NCBI GenBank assembly: GCA_045589295.1
Contig: JAZNOU010000012.1
Coordinates: 64,001-128,000, forward strand
Direction: 5' to 3'
DNA length: 64,000 nt
DNA from: Clostridia bacterium
GTDB lineage: Bacteria > Bacillota > Clostridia > RGIG6154
A model generated the notes under the pieces. That model did not search any database and was not told the origin of the DNA. It saw only the letters and a program-made list of their open reading frames with translations. The position numbers were made by a program, and so were the translations under genes. Position 1 is the first letter of the stretch, and each line of letters begins with the position of its first letter. Below are positions 57,356-64,000 of this stretch, one piece after another.

Positions 57356-59770
57356 TTATTCGACATATTTCTGACCCTTAATAAAGTCTTTTATCTTTCT
57401 CGGGATGGTTGTAAGGAACCAGCCAAGTTTGTAACTTGTCGAACTTCTTATTTCTTTTATTGTTGCCTCTAAAGTCTCAGCGTAGTGGGATTGACGCAAC
57501 CAATCTTTATTTGGGACTTCTAAAGGAACTTGCTGATATTGAATCTGAGGCTGTGTATACATTCTTGCAAGTATTCCCTGCCCGGTGTAATGAACAAGAG
57601 TGTTTATAGCAGACTGCTCAGGTGTCTTTTTAATTTCTGCTGTGTCAGGATTCAAAGTTTTTTCAAATATGTAATCCCAATGTTTTGCAAGGTCAATGCT
57701 CAGTATCTCTTCTGCACTTTCTCTTGCCTCTTTGCCCATCTGCTTTTTAAGTTTGTCATCGGATAATATTTCAATAATCTTTTCTGCAGCAGCATCAATA
57801 TCATTTTGCGGAACTACCGCCATACCCTTTGCATCTCTTACGGTGTCAAGATTCGGAAGGTCATAAATAACAAGAGGAAGGCCGCAAATTTTACCTTCTA
57901 ACAAAGATAAACAAAATCCTTCAATTTTACTAGTTATAAGCATAACATCAGCAGACTGGTAATAGGGCAGAACATTTTTCTTAAAACCAACCATTTTTAC
58001 AATATCATCGAGTTTATGCTCTTTTATATAGTTTGTTAAATCATTTTTGTAACATTCATCTCCGCCACCTACAATGGTGAAAGTAACATCTGGGATTTTA
58101 AGCGAAACCTGTTCAACTATTTTTATTGCATCCAAAACTTGCTTTTCCTGAGATATTCTGCAAGTCATTACCACATTGTTGGATTTAAGCTGAGAAGTTT
58201 TGGTGTTGAGCGGAAGAGGTGATGGATTTGTTGTTTGTATAGCATTAAGATTAAAGCTTTTCCAGTATGCCTGATCTGCTTGGGTGAGAGTAATAACATT
58301 ATCACATAAGGCATACATCTTAGGAAGTTTCGTGTTTATAAAAGCACAATAGCTGTCAGTGCTTTGAAAATCGGTACAACATACGCCATGAGTGTGAGAA
58401 ATAAACGGTATTCCGAGACTTTTTACAATTAATTCATCATATACAATGTAGTGAAACATCCATGCGTGGTATACCATAATATCTACGTTATACTTTTGAA
58501 GATTTTCTCTAAAATCTTTTACCCTGTCAGCGTATGAGGAATATTTGTCAAACACATATTCCGGTAAAATAACACGTTTTATTTTAGGGTTTATATAGTA
58601 ATCGTCATCGCTTTTTGGTTGGTCGGTGAATAATACCACATTATAGCCGTTTTTTACCCATATATCAGTTAGTTGCGATATAACATTTTCAATACCGCCG
58701 TTATATACCCTGAAATAGAATGTGCCTATAGTTCTTTTATCTTTTCGTACAGTCTTGAAAATATCAAGATTTGCACATATTTCAGCAAGTTCATCTCGTC
58801 TTTTAATACATTGGTTGTTAACCATATACGAAATAATGGAAATAAAGTTTTCAACAGGACAATATTCAAGAACACGATTTACAAAACTGTTTTGTTTTTC
58901 TTTTGGACACTGAACCAAAAGAGCATAGCCTATATTTTCCAACATTTGCATTTTGAGTGATTCGAGACGGGTTTTGCATATTTTCAAAGCTCCGTTCTGT
59001 TTTGTCCAGTTTTTCAAATAATCATAAATGAAATAACATTTCGCAATTGCATTAAGCCTTGTTTCGCTAATAGTTTTGCTGGTTGAGATTCCGCTTCCGA
59101 ATCTGTAATTATATAACTTTTTGTTAATATAACTATATGATTTGGCAAGGAAGCAAGCAATAAATGAGAATAATACGTCTTCTGCTACAATTAAATGTTC
59201 GTTGGGGAGTTGTGAATTAGCAGCATCGACAAGTTGCTTTTTGAAAATCTTATTTCTCATTGTGAAATTTAATTTATCTTTTGAAAGTTTACTACCCAAA
59301 AGACCAGCTTTACCGGGAGCAAATATTTTCATGGAGGGGCCTTTCAAGTATTTATATGCACTTTGTATTTCTCTGCTTTTTTTCTCAAGCACTTCTTTTT
59401 CTGCAAAAATGTTCATCTCAAATTGCAAGATATCTACATTTTCTTTATTGATGGCATTGTACGCTGTTTCACATGCCTTAAAGTCAAGTATATCATCGCC
59501 ATCGAGAAACATAATGTATTCTCCTGTTGCAGCGTCGCATCCATATTTACAAGTAAGCATAGTGCCGGAGTTTTGTTTATTTTTAATAACTTTTATTCGA
59601 TGGTCGGCCTTTGCTAATTCGCAGATTATTTTGTGTGTTGTATCTGTTGAGCCGTCGTCAACAACGATAAATTCGACATCTTCTAATGTCTGGTTTATAA
59701 GACTGTGCAAACATTCTTCTATGTATTCTTCAACATTATACGCGGCAACGATAACGCTAACTTTTGGCAT
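57356..59770 (-). CDS. Bifunctional GT2 + GT4 glycosyltransferase
   Basis: VSVIVAAYN, DDGSTD, FLDGDD; C-terminal RISQEK, EGFCLSLLEG. Confidence 0.9.
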   Translation of the reverse strand: MPKVSVIVAAYNVEEYIEECLHSLINQTLEDVEFIVVDDGSTDTTHKIICELAKADHRIKVIKNKQNSGTMLTCKYGCDAATGEYIMFLDGDDILDFKACETAYNAINKENVDILQFEMNIFAEKEVLEKKSREIQSAYKYLKGPSMKIFAPGKAGLLGSKLSKDKLNFTMRNKIFKKQLVDAANSQLPNEHLIVAEDVLFSFIACFLAKSYSYINKKLYNYRFGSGISTSKTISETRLNAIAKCYFIYDYLKNWTKQNGALKICKTRLESLKMQMLENIGYALLVQCPKEKQNSFVNRVLEYCPVENFISIISYMVNNQCIKRRDELAEICANLDIFKTVRKDKRTIGTFYFRVYNGGIENVISQLTDIWVKNGYNVVLFTDQPKSDDDYYINPKIKRVILPEYVFDKYSSYADRVKDFRENLQKYNVDIMVYHAWMFHYIVYDELIVKSLGIPFISHTHGVCCTDFQSTDSYCAFINTKLPKMYALCDNVITLTQADQAYWKSFNLNAIQTTNPSPLPLNTKTSQLKSNNVVMTCRISQEKQVLDAIKIVEQVSLKIPDVTFTIVGGGDECYKNDLTNYIKEHKLDDIVKMVGFKKNVLPYYQSADVMLITSKIEGFCLSLLEGKICGLPLVIYDLPNLDTVRDAKGMAVVPQNDIDAAAEKIIEILSDDKLKKQMGKEARESAEEILSIDLAKHWDYIFEKTLNPDTAEIKKTPEQSAINTLVHYTGQGILARMYTQPQIQYQQVPLEVPNKDWLRQSHYAETLEATIKEIRSSTSYKLGWFLTTIPRKIKDFIKGQKYVE

Positions 59771-59797
59771 AATTTTATCTCCTTGCTTTTTGACAGA

Positions 59798-61858
59798 TTA
59801 TTTTAATACAGCATGTTTGATTTTACGTAGCTTTAATAATAAGCGGTCATACTTTTGTTTTGCTTGGTATTTGTATATTTTTTTATTGTTTGAATAGTAT
59901 TGCTTGTCAACACGACAAATCAATTCGATGGTTTTGGTTTTTTTAATAATGTCAGGACTTAAGTTAATCCACGCGAAAACACCGCAGTTTTTGGGAGCGG
60001 TGGGATAAATGTCTGAAACATCATATCGGGAAGATTTTTGAGAATCAAACAGATATTCTTTGCCTGCCGTATCTGTCAGGCGTACATAAATCTCACTTTC
60101 CTGATTTTTACAAAAACCCCAGCCTGTTAAAAGAATCATGTCGTCTGAATAAAGATTTACCGAGTCAATAGCATACAAAAAGTCTGAATTTTCGCAAACA
60201 TTCGAAAAAATTTTTGTTTGCAAAATACTCTTTTGCATATATTTGTTTCTGATTTCTTTTTCGTTAAGTCTGAGTAAAGCAGTTCTTTCCTTTGTGGCAA
60301 ATGCGTTTGCGGGCACACGATAGACAGAGGTGGTTTTTTCAATAAGGAAATAGTCGGCAAAGGTTGAATATTTTAGCCACAAATCCCAATCTTCCAAATA
60401 TTCATATTTTGTGTTAAAGCCCCCTATCTTTTCGTACACTTCTCGCTTGAAAAAGACTGACTGAATTGGAAAGAGGTTGTTAATAACAAGGTTTGATTTT
60501 GTATATTCAGGTCTTTGAATATCTGCATAATCCTTGATTTCGTAGATATATGGTTCCTTGGATTTAATTTCAATGGGAGTTTCATAGCATTTTGCGTAAA
60601 ACATTTTTTCTGACGGATACTTTAATGCTTCGTTTATCATAGTTTCAATATGGTCGCAGTAAAACACATCATCGTCATCAAGGAAATTGAGATACTCTCC
60701 CGTTGACATGGAAAGAGCAAGATTTCCTGCATAACTTCTCCCTTTCTTTTCGCCTGTTGAAATATATTTAATGTTCAAATCCGGAAAATTTTCTTTAATG
60801 AAATTTTCCGAATAGTTTTCACCGTCTTCTGCTATGCAAACTTCTACGTTTTTGTATGTCTGATTTCTGATTGATTCAAGACACTCCTTTAAAACGTATG
60901 GTCTTTGACATGTTCGTACAATAACCGAAACCAGTGGGGTGTTTGATTCATCATAACGCCTGCTTTCATAAAAAGCGCCGCACCTTGCATATTCGTACTC
61001 AAATCCGATGAATTTTGCGATATTAAAGCTTGCTTTTTTGAATTTATTCCTGAAAGGAAAGCCGTTGATGAGCGAGTTAAATATAATTGAAAGGACCTTA
61101 CATCTTGCTTTCGGGAAATGATTTGGTTTTATAACATATCTTGCTAAATTAACATATCCCGTAAGAATATCTTTGAATTTTCCGTATCTCCATCTGAGTA
61201 AAATGTTTGCCCTTAAAGAACCAAAATATTGCAATGGTTTTACTTCATTTGCCTGGGTGTATGAATAATGGTTTATACAGCAACTGGGCAAATACATAAG
61301 CTTGTACCCAAGACTGCGAATTCTCCAGGAAAGCTCCACATCTTCGCCATACATAAATATATCTTCATCAAATCCGCCTGTTTTTTCAAAAATATCCCTT
61401 TGTAAAACAAAACAGGCACCGCTTACCCATGATGTTTCCAAAGTTGCAGGATTATATATTTTCGGATGCTCATAGGGGAGTTGGCGCATTTCCCATGCAC
61501 CTACATCATCACTTGAACTATCAATGCTTTCACAGAGTCTGATAAGGGCATCTTTTTCAATGCAAGTATCAATGTTGACAAAAAACACATAAGGACTTTG
61601 ACCTGCACTTGCAGCCTTATTACAGCCAGCGCCGAACCCGGCATTTTGTTCATTGTTGATTATTTGGAAGGTCCCAAAGGCCCGTAAGGATGGGTGATTT
61701 TTTAAAGTTTCTACAGTATTGTCGGTTGAACAGTTATCCACAAAATAAAAATGCAGTTTCGACAAATCAACCTCTTGTAAATTTTCAAAAGAGGTCAAAA
61801 ATCCATCAATCCATTTTTCAGAGTTATATGTTACAACAGCAATATCTATATCTATCAT
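59798..61858 (-). CDS. Tandem GT2-GT2 glycosyltransferase
   Basis: VTYNS, NAGFGAGCN, GGFDEDIFMYGEDV; second domain VSVIVRT, FLDDDD, EDWDLW. Confidence 0.9.
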   Translation of the reverse strand: MIDIDIAVVTYNSEKWIDGFLTSFENLQEVDLSKLHFYFVDNCSTDNTVETLKNHPSLRAFGTFQIINNEQNAGFGAGCNKAASAGQSPYVFFVNIDTCIEKDALIRLCESIDSSSDDVGAWEMRQLPYEHPKIYNPATLETSWVSGACFVLQRDIFEKTGGFDEDIFMYGEDVELSWRIRSLGYKLMYLPSCCINHYSYTQANEVKPLQYFGSLRANILLRWRYGKFKDILTGYVNLARYVIKPNHFPKARCKVLSIIFNSLINGFPFRNKFKKASFNIAKFIGFEYEYARCGAFYESRRYDESNTPLVSVIVRTCQRPYVLKECLESIRNQTYKNVEVCIAEDGENYSENFIKENFPDLNIKYISTGEKKGRSYAGNLALSMSTGEYLNFLDDDDVFYCDHIETMINEALKYPSEKMFYAKCYETPIEIKSKEPYIYEIKDYADIQRPEYTKSNLVINNLFPIQSVFFKREVYEKIGGFNTKYEYLEDWDLWLKYSTFADYFLIEKTTSVYRVPANAFATKERTALLRLNEKEIRNKYMQKSILQTKIFSNVCENSDFLYAIDSVNLYSDDMILLTGWGFCKNQESEIYVRLTDTAGKEYLFDSQKSSRYDVSDIYPTAPKNCGVFAWINLSPDIIKKTKTIELICRVDKQYYSNNKKIYKYQAKQKYDRLLLKLRKIKHAVLK

Positions 61859-61867
61859 AAAAAATCC

Positions 61868-62599
61868 TTAATTACTATTTTTGTATGTATTACATACTTG
61901 GTTCGTTTCACCAATCATTTTCATTTTACCTTTTTCGAGCCATAAAACACGGTCGCACAGTTTTTTGATTTGCTCTAATGTGTGCGAAACGATTATTACC
62001 GTAGTTCCGCCGGACATCATTTCTTTGATACGTTTTTCACATTTTTCCTGAAATTTGTAGTCACCGACAGAAAGAATTTCATCAACAATCAGGATGTCGG
62101 GTTTTACTAGGGTGGCGATTGAAAAACCTAGTCTTGCAACCATGCCGGAAGAGAAATTTTTGATGGGAACATCTAAAAATTCTTCAAGCTCAGAAAATTC
62201 AACTATTTCGTTGAATTTTTCGTTTATATACTGTTTGGTGTAACCAAGCACATAACCGTTTAAGTATATGTTCTCTCTTGCGGTAAGGTCAGGGTCGAAG
62301 CCTGCACCAAGCTCAATCAGAGGAGAAATATTTCCATTTACCATAACATTTCCGTTGGATGGTTTTAAGATTCCCGAAATTATTTTCAAAAGTGTTGATT
62401 TGCCAGAACCATTTAATCCGACAATGCCGAAAACTTCACCTTTTTTTACTTGGAATGAAACATCGGTAAGGGCTGAAAACTCTGTATATAAAAGTTTGCC
62501 TTTAACAAGTTTAACAAAGTATTCTTTTATACTGTCTATTTTTTCTTTAGACATATTGAATTTCATTGAAACATTATTAACTTCAACTGCAAATTTCAA
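61868..62599 (-). CDS. wzt: Polysaccharide export ABC ATPase (Wzt/TagH)
   Basis: GLNGSGKST, FSSGMVARLGF, VDEILSVGD. Confidence 0.92.
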   Translation of the reverse strand: MKFAVEVNNVSMKFNMSKEKIDSIKEYFVKLVKGKLLYTEFSALTDVSFQVKKGEVFGIVGLNGSGKSTLLKIISGILKPSNGNVMVNGNISPLIELGAGFDPDLTARENIYLNGYVLGYTKQYINEKFNEIVEFSELEEFLDVPIKNFSSGMVARLGFSIATLVKPDILIVDEILSVGDYKFQEKCEKRIKEMMSGGTTVIIVSHTLEQIKKLCDRVLWLEKGKMKMIGETNQVCNTYKNSN

Positions 62600-62613
62600 A
62601 TTTGGTCACCTCA

Positions 62614-63390
62614 TTAAATGTACAAGATAAATTTGTCCTGTTTTTTCTTGAAGAAAGCAACTCCAATCAACAGCATTATAGCAGAGAATCCAATACAAAT
62701 AAGATTTGTGCGAAGATCAGGGATGTGATTGTCAAGAATCAGTGCTCTAAAATATAAAATGTAATGATAAAGTGGGTTGAATGTAATAAGTTCTTTCATA
62801 AAGTCAGGGAGCATGTCCATAGGATAAAAGATAGGTGTTAAATACATCCACGCCGTTGTGAAAACACTATAAAGATGCGCAATGTCCCTGAAAAAAACAT
62901 TTGCTGCCGCAAGGAAAAAGCTTAATCCTACCGAAAAAACGAATAAATACAGCATTGGAATCGTGAATGCAAAAAAAGATGGTGTTATCGGCACCTTGAG
63001 CGCTATCATAACTATAATTGTTGCTATAAAAGAAAACAGCATATTTACAAAGCTGAAAATACATTTTTCGAGAGGGAAAATGTATTTGGGAACATATACT
63101 TTCTTTATCAGCGAACCGGAACTGATAATAGAAGTCATGCTGGAGTTTGTGGATTCCGTAACAAATGAAAAGAAAAGGTATCCTGTAAGATAATATATCG
63201 GGAAATTTTCTATATTTGAACGAAACAAATTCTGAAATACCGCCGTGATTACAACCATCATTAACAGAGGATTTAAAATACTCCAGGCAAAGCCGAGTAC
63301 GGAACGACGGTACTTGATTTTTAAATCTCGCACAACAAGATTCCAGAGTAAGGATTTATATTTTAATAAATTTGATACATATTGTTTCAT
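62614..63390 (-). CDS. wzm: Polysaccharide export ABC permease (Wzm/TagG)
   Basis: KYRRSVLGFAWSILNP, FFRDI, TPIFYP, NPL. Confidence 0.92.
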   Translation of the reverse strand: MKQYVSNLLKYKSLLWNLVVRDLKIKYRRSVLGFAWSILNPLLMMVVITAVFQNLFRSNIENFPIYYLTGYLFFSFVTESTNSSMTSIISSGSLIKKVYVPKYIFPLEKCIFSFVNMLFSFIATIIVMIALKVPITPSFFAFTIPMLYLFVFSVGLSFFLAAANVFFRDIAHLYSVFTTAWMYLTPIFYPMDMLPDFMKELITFNPLYHYILYFRALILDNHIPDLRTNLICIGFSAIMLLIGVAFFKKKQDKFILYI

Positions 63391-63545
63391 GTTAAGATAC
63401 CTTTCGACAAGTTATATAAATATTATAGCACAAGGAACTTGATAAATCAACAAAAATGGGAGAATTTTATACAATAAAGTAAACTTGCCAAGAGGGCGGA
63501 TTTATGGTACAATTTATATAACAATGTTTTAAAAGAGGTGTTATA

Positions 63546-64000
63546 ATGAAAAAAGCTACTTGCGATTATCCATGGAATGAAACCGTAAAGACTGATTCTT
63601 TATACGAAATGATTTGTATGGCAGAAAACGAGGTGCCCGACAGGGCGGTTTTCAAATACAGACAGGGTAAAGACAATATAATTGAAATTACAAACAAGGA
63701 ACTTAAAAGCAGTGTTGATGCTATGTATCTTGCGTTTAACAATTTAGGGGCAGAAAGCACACATATTGCTTTAATCGGGCCATCAAGCTATAAATGGTTG
63801 CTCGCATACATTTCAGGGCTTTGCTCGGAAAATGTTGTTGTTCCTGTTGATAAGGACTTGCCTGAAAGTGATTTGATTTATGTTATTAATCACTCAGATG
63901 CTGAGTATGTATTTTGTGCAACAAAAAAATACGAGGACTTTTTCAAAGAAAAAAGAGCGGAATTTCCAAACATCAAGAAATTTATTTCTTTCGACAAAGA
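63546..64000 (+). CDS. AMP-binding (long-chain acyl-CoA synthetase-like) protein, partial
   Basis: RBS GAGGTG, ATG 63546; HIALIGPSSYKW...VVVPVDKDL...INHSDAEYVF; open to window end. Confidence 0.75.
   Translation, partial: MKKATCDYPWNETVKTDSLYEMICMAENEVPDRAVFKYRQGKDNIIEITNKELKSSVDAMYLAFNNLGAESTHIALIGPSSYKWLLAYISGLCSENVVVPVDKDLPESDLIYVINHSDAEYVFCATKKYEDFFKEKRAEFPNIKKFISFDK

Noticed and set aside
59142-59897. 251-aa plus-strand ORF and similar antisense ORFs (e.g. 7079..7678, 27003..27512, 12848..13342)
   Set aside because: Shadows of well-supported genes on the opposite strand; no motifs or RBS
1-64000. CRISPR array, tRNA, rRNA, IS transposase
   Set aside because: No regularly spaced repeat-spacer units, cloverleaves, rRNA signatures or transposase motifs recognised

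Overview
Low-GC Clostridia-type chromosomal window, mostly housekeeping: murT/gatD, hydF, rnmV, CIRCE-controlled htpG, trpS, a tagO-mnaA fusion, holA, rpsO-pnp, gap, an SLH S-layer gene, greA, a glycine-riboswitch alanine/glycine symporter, an mreB-like gene, yggS, apgM, a Na+-pumping decarboxylase operon, femABX/murM plus a racemase, twin Gfo/Idh/MocA genes and a wzm/wzt-glycosyltransferase cluster. The main observation is a split, streamlined phage-derived system that looks like a candidate gene transfer agent (GTA). A 13.6 kb packaging/head/neck/baseplate/fibre/lysis operon (15878-29483) lies between holA and rpsO with no integrase, replication genes, att repeats or tape-measure gene, and its small terminase appears to lack the N-terminal DNA-recognition domain. 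A separate intact immunity switch 11 kb upstream (3184-4805) has two back-to-back perfect sigma-A promoters, four operators, a repressor, an ImmA-like protease and an ArpU/RinA-like late activator. Also present: a dispersed multi-hairpin repeat with compensatory base changes (4 copies, one at a gene truncation), several unannotated small ORFs and candidate sRNAs. All family assignments come from motif recognition by eye; no database searches were run.
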